This document shows, in pieces, positions 24,453 to 36,514 of a stretch of 64,000 nucleotides of DNA (within the stretch, counting starts at the first letter, position 1; the number at the start of each line of letters is the position of its first letter). A model generated the notes under the pieces. That model had not been told where the DNA came from, did not search any database, and saw only the letters and a program-made list of their open reading frames with translations. The stretch lies in the NCBI GenBank assembly GCA_965112735.1, contig OZ218951.1:3224001-3288000 (forward strand), in the 5' to 3' direction. The translations under genes and the position numbers were made by a program. The stretch is from Phaeosaccion multiseriatum. Its lineage: Eukaryota > Protista > Ochrophyta, other classes.

Positions 24453-27305
24453 TCAAAGGAACACGGCACTCCGCGCGGACAGCGTGGACATGCTGCGTGA
24501 GGTGTGCATAGCGAAGGCGTCGCTCCAGTCCATCACAGGAGGGTCAGCAGTTGGTGATACAGCAGCAGCCGCACCACCACCACCACCAGCAGCAGCAGTC
24601 TTGTTGTTGCCGGCCAAGACGGGAAGATGTGACGACGAACCACCACCACCACCCCCACGACGGTCATGATGCCCAGCAGTGTCCCCCCTCTCATTCTTGT
24701 TGTGGTGGGTATGGAGGTAGCCCTGTCTCAGCTGCTGCTGCTGCTGCTGTTGTGCAAAGGGCAGCACCTTACGCGATTCCCCCGCGAGCCTCATCATTGA
24801 AACTCTCCGCCTCCTCCGCTTTACCCCCCCCATAGCCCTACTCCCACCCCCACCACCGCCACCGCCATTGACACTGCTGTTGGCATGATTGGCCTTGCCA
24901 CTCTTGACCGCCGAGGAGGCGAGCCCAGCGGAAGCAGAGCCGTGATAAGTGTCCTCATCGCTGCTGGAGTCTCCTCCTCCTCCTCGCTTTGCCCCTCCTA
25001 TCCGACGGGCCAGGGAAGCGGAGCCAGAAACGGTGGTGCTACTATCCTTGTCGTTGTCCTCCTCATCCCCCCTGTTCTTCTTGCCCGTGTCCCCATCCGG
25101 CTCTGCTGGGTACCCCGTCAGCGAGCTGGCAATGGACCCACCATCTCTACTACCCCCACCAATCCCCGTACTCTGCCCTCCTTCTCCTCCTCCTCGTTTA
25201 ATCCTCGCTGCAATGGACGGGGTCGCTACAGTCCGTGGTTTGTCCTTGCCCAGTTGGTCCTTCAACTTGCGCCGGCGCCGCTGATGCCCTGTGATACCGC
25301 TGCTGGCGACGCTGCTGGTGCCAGTGATGCTAGTGATGCTAGCCACACTGCTGCCACCGCCACTGCCGGCCACGCTGACATCCCCGTCGCCGTCTAACGA
25401 TGCTGACGCTGCTGGGGGCGCATGCCCATACCCTGTCATTTGCTCCAAGCCTGACCTTGACCCTACGCGAGAAGCACGAGCACGGCGGCTACGAGGAGGA
25501 AGCCCACCCCCCCCCCCTGCCCCTGAAGGAGCGGAAGGAGGAACAGGGCTGCCGTCGTAGAGGGACTCAATCTCCACAGAGCCCATCGCGCCCCCCCCGT
25601 CCTCCTTCTCCTCCGCCAGGTCGGACAGACGAATGCCCGCGATGCTCTGCGTGGAGGCCGCGACAGACTGAGTGATACTGGCGTCGTCGGAGACGGCTCC
25701 CGCGTCTCCCCCTGAGAGCAAGTGCAAGTCCAAGTGCAAGTGCCCGAGGAAGTGGAGGGGGAGTAAAGTGGATGATGGGTCGGTTGTTGTCGGTGATGTG
25801 ATGTGAGGAAGAAAAGGGGCGGTTGAGGGCGGTTGGGGGCGGAGAGAGTCAGAAGAGGTCAAAGACATGTGACATGTCAGAGGGGATCCATCACAAGGAA
25901 CGAGCAATGAACAAACGAAAAAAAAATGGAAGGCCTACTGGTAGAAACACTCAGGAGAAACCGACCGACCGAACCGAACCGACCGACCAACTACTACGAA
26001 CTACATCCTCGCGCCCTGCTTCCACTCCAACGCGAACGCTTCACGCTTAGAGCCGTTACACCGCGCTTAAGCTGTCGTTCTGTCGACTCTCTCTCCAAAC
26101 ATGCTCTCTCGCTTCTCTCTTAAATGCTCACACACACACACGCACACACACACACCTCCGATGCCCACAAAGTGGATCAGCTGTCCCAGCTCCACATGGT
26201 GCGGCCTGTACATGGCTATCGAAGTATACGCACTCGGAAATCTCTCCTTACACAGGTCCCTGGCCAAGAGGCCCCCACAGTCCCGGGCCTCCGGATCCGC
26301 GCCTGAGATGAGCAAAAACCGCGCCATGTGCTTATGTCCGCTGTTGGCGGCATGGTGTAACGGCGTCCATCCTGAGGCGTCACGAGCGTCGTAGTCGGCT
26401 CCGTGTTGCATGAGCAGAGCTGCCACTATGGATGGGTGGGTTGAGATGGGTTGGGTTGTGCGTTGGTTGGGGTGGGGGGAGGACGGAGGGAGGGAGGGAG
26501 GGAGGGGCTGGTAAGTACAAGTACATCGGAAACAAACCACCGATCAATGCGTGTGGGTGAACGACTAAAAGTCTTTATATGCATGCACGCACATACCCAC
26601 ACACACACAAACACAGACACACACGGGCATCCCCGCCCCCACCCACCCACCCACCCACCCACACACACACACACCTGCGACGTGCTGCCGTGTGCCCTTC
26701 CTCGCCGCCAGCATGAGTGGCGTGAGCTGCTTGGCACAGCCTGAACGAACATCAGAGCGACAGCGACGGTCCAACAGCCACAGCAGCCGAGTGAAGTTAC
26801 CCGCCTCTGCTGCGTGGTGCTGCGGGTAGTACGCCGGCCCATCGTTGTCATGCACGTCATCCAAAGCCAAGCCCAATCTCTGCCCCTGGCCCTGCTCCTG
26901 CCGATTACCCCCAACCACAGCAGCCCCAGCTCCAGCCAGCTTGGCCGCCATGACACCCTTGCCACCACCCCTGCCCGCCTTGCTGCACATTCCGTGGGCC
27001 AGTTCCTCCAAGATGTCTGCGTAGAGCGTTACCATATCCTCGCCCTTGTGCAAGTCCACGCCTTCGGGGAAGGTGCCCTCCTCCTCCCTGTGTCCCTGGT
27101 TGTGTCTGGAGAAGATTCGTACGCCCTCTCCCGCTCCTCCCTTGCCTTTCCCCTTCTTGGTACCACCGCGGTGCTTCTGGTTTACCTTCCTCTTGCCCGC
27201 TCTTGCTCTTGTCTCTGCCTCCATCTCCCTCTTGCCCAGCAACAGTGGTAACAACACCTCAGACACGTCATCCTCATCGGCCACCACCACAGTACCGCCA
27301 ACTGC

Positions 27306-27345
<40 letters not shown>

Positions 27346-30300
27346 ATCCTCAACTGCTGTAGCTGCTGCTCCTGCCGCATCCTCAACTGCTGCGTGTCCA
27401 ACCGTAGCAAAAATTGGAAAAAATGCGAAAAGACACTCCTGTTGGCGTCGAACTCCCTCCTACCCGTAATGCCTAGCCTGGCCAGTCTCTTGATGCCTTT
27501 CACATCCCCCATCTCCACTGCGGTCACAAGAAGGTCCAATTGAGCCTCGGGGTCCATCATCATCGCCTGAAACGCCGCGGGTCGCATGTCATCAGTGCTC
27601 ACACCAAGCTCCATCCGAGGTCGACCTTCCTCACCTCCCCCCCCCTCCTCCTCCTCCTCCTCCTTGCCCCCTCGAGTCTGCCTTACTCTCTTGGGAAGCA
27701 TTGATCTTGAGAGCGTTCTTCGTGGCCTCCATCACCGCCCGCGCCCTCTTCTCCCGAAACTCCGCGGCGTTTCTCTGCTCCTCAATCTCTGCCGCTCGGC
27801 CTTCTCTTAAAATGCTTTGTTGCTGCTCATCAAAGTACTTCTTCCTCCGCGCCAGTTCCTCTTCCTCCTCCTCCTCCCCCCCCCCACCCCCCTTCTTCTC
27901 CTCCTCCTCCTCCTCTGATCCCTCCTTCTTCTTCCCCTCCAACTCCTCCTTTCCGTCGGGTCTCTTTCGACGCTTCAGCGTGCCCAGTCCTGTCCACCTC
28001 TTCTGTTCCTTCTTCTTCTTATTCGCCATAAGCTCTGTTGTCCCGTCCTCCGAAAGTGGGTTATGCTTTGACAGAGACTCAGTCGGGTCCTTCTCCTCCT
28101 CTGGCTCCCGCGCCTCCTCCTCCTCCTCCTCCTCCTCCTGCTGCTGCTGCTCCTCCTTCTCCTGCGAAGAAATGTCGGAGTCGGAGTCCCGCTGGCTGTC
28201 GTCTGCTGTCAGGAAGAGAGGCTGTTCGATCTCACAGGAGCCGATCCCCCCCATAGTAACGGAGGAAGCAACACTTCCCTCACCATCGTCGAATCGACCC
28301 CCCGCAAGGTTCAGTATAGCACGCTGCGCAGCAAGGCTTTCCTCCCCGTACCGAGGAGAGACTCCCCCGCTGTCTCTGTGGGCAGCGCTCCGGAAGCCCC
28401 CACCCCCACCCTCACGCAAACTCAAACCCAAACTCAAGGTGCTGGGGTTGCCACTTGTTTCTTCTTCTCCTCCTCCTCCTAAGCCTAACCCCTCTTCCGA
28501 CAGCGTGTTCGTCGCAGCCCCAGGCTCAGCCGGGGTCGCCACCCTTGCCACCGCATCTGCGAGTTTATCAGCCGCAATTTTGCGCATGTCTCCATCTACG
28601 GCCTTGAAGGCCGCCACGACTCGATAGTTCTTGTAGTACAGTTGGTCAAACTCATGCACAAGGTCGCCGGCTTCAGGCAGGGTGGTCACGGAGAGGACGC
28701 TGCGTTCCTCCTCCTCCTCGCCCTTTGCCACCGCCCCGCTGCTCATGGCGCTAACACTCATCACCGAGCCGCTAGCCCTACTACCCCCCGCCGTGCCTGC
28801 CCCGCCCATACTGCTACTTCCTCCTCCCCCTCCTCGACGACCGGCACCCCAGCTTTTGCTGCGAGTCTTTTGCAGCCTCCTTTCCTCCATCAAGTCGTGC
28901 TTCATCTTCACTGGCGTTTGGCTGTTGATGCCCATGTAGCGGTTACGGAGCAGCGCTGCGACCTTCAGCGCTTCACCCTCCTTCTCTGTCTGCCTGCGCT
29001 CCACCTCCACCACCTTTCAAGGACAAAAGACGGGCGCGCGAAGAAGCAAACAAAGCAAAGCAAAGCAAAGAAGGGGGGGAAGCAAACAAAGCGAAGCAAA
29101 GCAAGGGGGGGGGGGGGGGTTGATGCGACATTGGTCAGCGTCTTTAGGAGGGATCGCAACAAGGAGCGTTTCGAGCGAAACAGAATAGAGTTCTTCCCCT
29201 AAATGCCACCCACTGCTAACCCCACCCCATCCACTGCCATCCTCCTCCCCTACCTGGTCTACACTCTTGTAGTTCAGCCAAGAGCTCTGGCTGCGTGTTC
29301 CGATGCCCCCTGGCCCTGAGATACAGACGCAACAAACAAGCAACAAACAACAGCAAAGCAGCGGTATGGTTGGTGCCTCTGTTCGCAAGCGCGCCCGGGC
29401 AGGAGGGCCAACCGTTCGCAAGCGCACCCGCGCAGGAGGGCCAACCCTATAAGTGAATGCGCCACCTCTTCCGTCTGCGTCTGTCTCACTCGTCCCTACC
29501 CTACCCCACCCTACCCTTCCCTAATTTTAGCTACCCTACCCTACCCTACCCCAATCACATACATACATACATGCATACATACATGCATGCATACATACCT
29601 GCCATGGCGAAGTCACCCAGTGACTTGAATTTCTCTTCCCGTAACCGCTCCCTCTCCCTCTCCAGAGCCCTCTCCAGCGCCGCCTCCTCCTGCTTGGTGT
29701 GCTTCACCGCCGTCTTGAGCAGGGCTGCCTCCTTGGCAGCATCCTTCTCGCTCAGGGTGGGAGGGATGGGGTTGGCGGTTTCATAGCGCACTCGAGCTCG
29801 CCACTGCTCGCGCATTCCCGCGGGCCCTGTTTGTTGGGGAGGGGGAAAGGGAGGGTGAAAGAGGGAGAGAGAATATGAGAGAGGGGCAGAGGCAGGGGCA
29901 GGGGAAGGAAGGAAGGAAGGAAGGAAGGATCAGGGCGGCGAGGAAAATGCAGTCAGTCAGATGCATACGGCGACACGACACATGCAGTCTCGGAGACAAG
30001 TAAGTGTGCATGTACCTCAAGGTAAATGGAGTTAAAAAGTATCAGCCCGTCCAACGTCTAAAGTGCCCCCCTTCCCTTCCCCTAAGTACTACAGCAGTCC
30101 CTCCCTCCCTCTCTCCCTCCCTCTTACCACTCACCATTGGCTCTCACAGTCACATTTGGTGCAATGTCGAGGCTCTTGATCTGCCTCATCTGCCGCACCT
30201 TCCTCTCCACCGCCGAAAACTCCCCCCGGTTCCCCATCATGTTGGGCTCGAAGCTGCCCACGTGCACGAACTTCATCCTCCTCCCATCGAGGATACCCTT

Positions 30301-32180
30301 CTCCTCCGCACTCAAGGGCGGCCCAACTACCCGACTGCCTCCCCCACCCCCCTCATCCTTACCCACGCCCCTCCCCGCTGGTGGGGCGGTGCCTCCCATC
30401 AGAGGCAACCTACACGCCTTGCTCCGAACGTCAGAGGGCCCCTCCGGCAACACAAAGAGCGGGCTGTTATGCAGCTCGGTAACCATCTCTTGTACCTCCT
30501 CCCCCACCTTTCCCGACCACAGCTCTGGGTTAAGGGTGGGCCCCCCCTGACCCCCTCCTCCTCTGTCGCGGCGATAGATTCGCTCCTGTTCCTTAATCGC
30601 CTGACGGTAGTGGTGATCCGCCCAAACGCGCGTATGAGCCGCCCCAGTCTTGATGGGCTCTCCTCCTGCCACCTCCAACCTCCCTGGCACATGAGCGTAT
30701 GCCTCCATTATGGCTCGAGACTCCGCCCCGCTCGGATCGCGCACCATGTCAGTGAGAAGCACCTGATGAGATGCACCAGCTTCCTCTCCCTGCTCGACGC
30801 TCATCTTGCCCCTCACCCCCCCCCCGCCCCTTGCTCGTCCTCGTCCTTCTCCTCTGCTACAAATACACCACTTTTGCTGCGATCGCCGTAGCAAAGGTGG
30901 CTAACCAGCCCACTTCATAAAAACGCGCAAAGCAGCCGTTGCTGCTGCTTCTTCTTCTTCTTCTTCTTCTTCTTCTTCTTCTTCTTCTTCTTCTTCTTCT
31001 TCTCCTCCTCCTCCGCTCCTTTCGCTGTCCTTCTCGCGACTATGGTTCATTACGGCCATCCCCACTCCCTTCTCCTGCGCCCCCCCGTCGTCCTCTTCTG
31101 GTTCGGTTCATCAGCCCCTCCTCGCCCTCCCGCACCCCTCCCCTTCCCCCCCCCCCCTCCAATTCAGGCTCTTTACAAAGAGCCCTTGTGAATAAAGAAG
31201 ACAGGAAGCTACGGCTGCTTCCCCCCCCCTCCCCCTCCGCCCCCTCTCCCGTGGTAACTGAGTGGCGGTTGCTGCAGCAGCGCCGCCTCGGGGTAAAGCT
31301 GGTGTCCCCCGCTCGATGCGGCCGCTGCCCCCCCTTCTGCTCCCGCGGCAGCTGCTCCTCCTGCCCCGCCTCCTCCTCCTCCTCCTGCTGCTGCTGCCGC
31401 TGCTGCTGCCCCCTCAGACGCGCCGCCCCCTTGATTCAGGAGACTTGCCTGCTGCTGGGCGTGCAGCTGCCCTTGACCCTGCGGCTGCAAAGGGTGGTGA
31501 TTCTGATGCTGCTGTGTCACCAACTGATGCGGCTGCTCCTGCTGCTGTTGTTGCTGTTGTTGCTGCTGCTGGGCAGCACCGCCGCCAGCAAGACTGAGAC
31601 CGCCGAAGGCCCGGTCTACTCCCCCCTCCCCCCCTCCTCCCGGCTGCTGACCACCCTCTGCCTCGTGGTCCTGGTTCTCGTCGGGATAGTGCGCGTCTAA
31701 TCTGCGCTTGGCAACGCCGTTGCCCCCCAGAAAGGTGTACAGCCTGTCCAGCCGGTTCCGCTTATAGTTCTTGTGGCGCCTCTTTTGATCACGAAACTCT
31801 TCGGGCAAGTCGAAGCCTTGTAGAAAAAGCAAGGGAGTGGGACCACGCGTATGCCCATGTGGAAAAGAAGCAGCAGTAGCCGGGGAACGGAAGGTCAAGC
31901 GTTGGGGAAAGGGAAAGACGTTAGGGAACTCAGAAAGAACCGCGAGGACAAGCTCAAACAAGCAAGACGGAGCGCAAAAACACGACAGAGATATGGCCAT
32001 GTGTATCTGTGTGTACTCTGGCCCGACTCTGGCCGCGCCCTGTCCGCGATAGGCGATAGAGCGGGGCTATGACAGTCATCGCCAGTCTCCCAGCGTCATA
32101 CAGCCCCCCGCAGCCTCCGCTCCCCACTCACCGCCTTCCTCGCCGGCTTTGGGCCTCGTCCCTGTGGGCGTCCAGCTCAT
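24453..32180 (-). CDS. Large low-complexity protein with ankyrin repeats; boundaries uncertain, several apparent homopolymer frameshifts
   Basis: First exon MSWTPTGTRPKAGEEG|gtgagt at 32180-32132. Long exons near 31817-30134, 29827-29599, 28993-26676, 26426-26157 and 25712-24453. Ankyrin motifs PQHHAAEAGN, LTPLMLAARKG, LMQHGADYDARDASGWTPLHHAANSGH, LLISGADPEARD. Confidence 0.65.
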
Positions 32181-32358
32181 TCCTACGCCTCAGTGCTCGA
32201 GCATCGCGCTGGCCGCCAGAAATTCTTCTTTGTTTGCGTTCCCGTCGTTCCGGTTAAGGCCAGCGCGAGAGGGCCATCAAATTGAAACGCACACAAGCGG
32301 CGCGGGCTCGAATCCGGGCTCTACTTTTCTTGATTCGCTCCCCTCCTTGCGCCTGAAG

Positions 32359-35300
32359 ATGTTGGCCCGGAGAGCGTGTAGGCTCGGGGCTTCGCCCGTT
32401 CTCGCAGAGGCCGGACGGGTGTGGAGCAGCAGCAGCGGCGGCAGCAGTAGCAGTAGCAGTAGCAGTAGCAGTAGCAGCAGCAGCAGCTGCAGCTGGAGGG
32501 GGGAGGGCACCCGGAGAAGCATTGCATCTAGCTCTCAGGTGGGTGGGCTGACAGAGGCATGCGCTTTCCATTGGAGTGGAACGTGCTGTGGTATAATGAC
32601 TCACTTACCTGTCCCCCTTTCTGTTTTCCTTTGATTACGTTACTTTGTCTGCACCTTTCTGTCCACTTCAACCCGATTCTCTCTCGCGCCTGCTTGACTG
32701 ACCATGCCTCGGCCTCTGATTCCGTTTACATTTTTAAACAACAAAACCACGCAGCCTCCCATCAAGAAAGTGGGTGTGGTGGGTCTGGGCCTCATGGGCC
32801 ACGGCATTGCCCAGATCACAGCCATGGCTCCTTCTAATTACAAGGTAGGTCGACAAGTGGAGCACCGCACCAGAAGAGGGCAGCACCGAGGGAGCAAGGA
32901 TGCTTCGGATGACACCTTGCTTCTTCTTCTTCTCTGCTCTTTTCGTTGGGTGGGTGGGTGGGTGGGTGGGTGTGTGGAGCACCGCATCAGAAGAGGGCAC
33001 GGCACCGAGGGAGGAGAAGGGGAAGGATGCCTTGTACCATATGTGGTAACTTCTCACACCTTTCTTCTCTTGTGCTCTTCCCATGTGGCTTGTACCCTAT
33101 CATCCCAACCAACGTTCTTCCAATGAGCAAAGGTGGTAGGCGTGGACAGCACGGAGGCGGCGGTGGGCGCGGGGCGAGGCCGCATCGAGGACTCGCTCAC
33201 TAAGGTACGACAAGACAAGACAAGACAAGAGGAATATGCATTTCAGTTAGGCAGTTCAGAGGAGTGGGGAGCGGGAGAGAGACCCTACGCTCCGACTCGT
33301 GCTCTGCCGCCCCATCTCCTCATGCTTGTTCTTCGAGTCGCACAAGGAAGACACAAGGGTTGCGTGCCTTTCCTCCTCTCCCTAAACTCTCTCCTCCCTC
33401 TCTCTCCCTCCGCATCCCGTTTTCTTCCTCCATTCCCCCCCTCCTTCCCTCCTTCCCTCCCCCCTCCCTCCTCACTCCTCCCTCCTCTGTCCTCCCAACC
33501 TCCCTCCCTGGCACCCAAGTTGCTAGCCAAGAAGGTAACGAAGGGCCTGCTGGCGGAGGAGGACGCCGAGCAACAGATCAGCGATACTCTGTCGCGCATG
33601 ACCTTCAGCACCGACAAGGGAGACCTTCACGACTGCGACTTGGTCATCGAGGTGAGCCACGCGCGCACGCACGCACGCACGCCATTCAAGGGGGAAGGAC
33701 AAGCCACACCCCTTCTTCTCTTATCTTGTCACCTTGTAGCAGACAAGGACACGGCCACTCCAAGCCAATGTCGTGCCACTTCTCGCTGCACTGAGCCAGC
33801 AAGCGAGCAGGCGCCCCTTCAAGTGCAGGCACCCACTTAGCCGATACCCACCCCAACCCACACCTCACACGACCCCTTCCACCTCTACCAGGCCATTGTG
33901 GAGGATATGTCAGTGAAGCCCCCCTTCTACGCTGAGCTCGGCTCCATCTGTAAGCCCTCGTGCATCCTAGCGAGCAACACGTCCTCCTTGGCGGTGATGG
34001 AGATGGCTACCCCGTCCCTCCGGCCGGAGAGGGTCGTGGGACTGCACTTCTTCAACCCTGTGCAGGTAACGAGTGGGTGGGTAGGTCGGGGAGGGAGGGG
34101 GATGGGGGGTAGGTATGTTTGAGTGCACCGTCAGGTGGCTGACGGGCGTATTGTGACTTGAGTAGGTAAGGAAGGAAGAGGGGGAAGGAGTGAGCGGTCT
34201 TCGCCGTAAAGAGGTGTTAGTGACAAGTATCCAATGCAGTACAGCTGCTAAGGTGTTATTCGTACGTGCCGTACGTACCATATCCCAACACAAACGCGTC
34301 CCTCCCTATGCCGCTTGTCGCTTGCCGCCCCTTGTCTTTTGCGTGTGTGCCGTGCGTGTGTGGTTGTCACTCTATTTCACATGGACGTGTGGATGGACTG
34401 ACTGCCAATGGACTGACTGACAATGGACTGTTGATGGATGGCAGCTGATGCGCCTGGTGGAGGTGGTGCGAACCGACGTGACGGACCCTGCCGTGTTCGA
34501 CGCCTGCAAGGCTTTCGTCAGTAGCATAGGTGAGGGAGTTGGACTGAGTGGGAGAGAGAGTGGGAGTGAGGGTGTGAGTGACCAAGGGTGAGTGGGCGAG
34601 GCGGGATAAATGTCGTAGTGCCGAACGTAGTGAGTGAGTGAAGGCAGTGAGAAGGGGACACACAGTGGACACCTGCTGGAGTGTGGGTGTAGGGAGGGGG
34701 GAAGGTGGAGGCTGACTTTTTCGCACTGCAAACAGCGTTCCTCCCTCTCCCCTCCTCCCCGACCATAGTGGACCGAATGTCTGACCCCACCCCGCCTCTC
34801 CATCCCTCCTTCCCCACCTTCCTCTCTCTCCATCCTTCCTCCACTCTCTATCCTTCCCCCTCTCCTCCCCTCCCTCTCCCTGCCCTCTACCCCCCCCCTC
34901 CACTCCCTGCCCTCTCTTGTCTCCCGCCCCCGTCCCCCCCCCCCCCCCCCCTCCACCGCCTCATGACGACTGTGGTGATGTGTTGACCGATGTCTTTTGT
35001 CTTTCGTCTTTGTCTTTTCTCTTTTGTCTCTTGTCTTGATTCTCGACTCTTGACAGGAAAGCACGCCGTGTCGTGCAAGGACACACCAGGCTTCATTGTC
35101 AATCGCCTTCTCGTCCCTGCCCTCGCACAGGTAGCGGAGGGAGTTGGTGATGCAGAGGGAGGGAGGGAGGGAAGGAAGGAAGGAGGGAGTGAGGGGGGGA
35201 GGGAGGGGAGGAGGGAAAGAGGGAAGGAGTGAACCAGGGACTGAGTGAGCTGTATCACCAACTGCTGCTGCACGACAAATGTTTACACGTATCACCAACT

Positions 35301-35946
35301 GCTGCACCTCCAGGGCATGCTGATGCTGGACCGGGGAGACGCAACTGTGGAGGACATCGACAAGTCCATGGAGCTCGGGGCGGGTGAGTCAGTGTCAGGA
35401 TGGGTGAGGGAGTGGGTGGAAGGGGACAGGGAGTGGATGAGTCGGTTTCAGGACAGTGACTGAGGGAGGGAGTGGGTGCCAGGCGAGAAGTGAGTGAGTC
35501 AGTGTCAGGATAGTGAGGGAGGGATGTACGGAGGGAGGATGAGTGAGTGAGTGAGTGAGTGAGTCTCCCTCTCTCTCCCCCTCTCACGCTTTCTCTCTGT
35601 ATATATTGTTTCGCCCCTCTCTGTCTCCGTCGATGTACTTATTATTCTCTTCCTCCCGCTCTCCCCCGCCCCTCCCTCTCCCCTCCCCCCCCCCCCTCGC
35701 CGCCCCTTCTCTCCCTCCCTCTCTCTCTTAGGCCACCCCATGGGTCCCTTGACCTTGGCCGACTACGTCGGGCTGGATACATGCCACTCCATCCTGAGCG
35801 GGTGGGTCAGCAACTTCCCCAATGAGCCGGCGTTTGTGGTGCCACAGTGCCTGACAGACAAGGTGAACAAGGGGCAGCTTGGCAGGAAGAGCGGAGTGGG
35901 TTTTTATAGGTGGGATGGAGACAAGCGGAAGGAGGTGGCTTCTTGA
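32359..35946 (+). CDS. HADH: 3-hydroxyacyl-CoA dehydrogenase (short-chain / 3-hydroxybutyryl-CoA type) with mitochondrial-type presequence, 9 exons
   Basis: MLARRACRL presequence; [85 protein letters not shown]. Approximate exons: 32359-32538, 32755-32844, 33133-33204, 33520-33651, 33892-34065, 34445-34529, 35057-35130, 35314-35383, 35732-35946. Confidence 0.95.
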
Positions 35947-36514
35947 AAGGGGCGCGGAAGAAGAACAAGAAAAGGAAGGAAGAGCGCAGATTAGATGGGA
36001 TGAGAAACCGAGCTCTACCTTCGCCTTCTCTCTCTCTATCTCTGATGGAACGGAACCGAGAAAGAGGGAAGCGGTGCTTTAAGGAAAGCGGGAAGGGAAG
36101 CACGCACAGGTGGGACTGGTGATGGATGCGTAGTCATGCTCTGGTCAAGTCGAGTGAAGAAGGCTGAAGGGGTCAATTCATTCCGTGTACCGGTGGGATC
36201 AGAGCCAAGGAAGGAAGGAGGTGGCTTCGTCTTGAAAGGAAGGGCGTGAAAGCAAGCAAGGACAGCACAGCGTGACTGATGGTTGATGCTCATATGGATG
36301 CCTAAGCGGATTAGCTAAAGCGCAGGCGAAGAAAGCAGGGGGAAGGCCGAGGGGGTTCTTCCTTCCCCTCATGCCCTCACGGTCCTTCCATCCCCTTTCA
36401 TCGGTCCATCCTTCCTCCGTGTGATGTGATTAAGTGGAGTCTGCCTCTCTACTGTAAAAATTCGAGATCGAGACTCCAAAAATATGATGTACCCCCTGGG
36501 GAATGAGCGAGAGT

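Noticed and set aside
27631-27701. Programmed frameshift between ORFs 27631-29013 and 26565-27701 (also breaks near 30820-31230)
   Set aside because: The breaks coincide with long G/C homopolymers, most simply explained as long-read indel errors.
4314-35946. Beta-oxidation gene cluster (fadH, PMP22-like, HADH)
   Set aside because: The genes are separated by unrelated genes and have different apparent targeting (none, plastid, mitochondrion); there is no evidence beyond coincidence.
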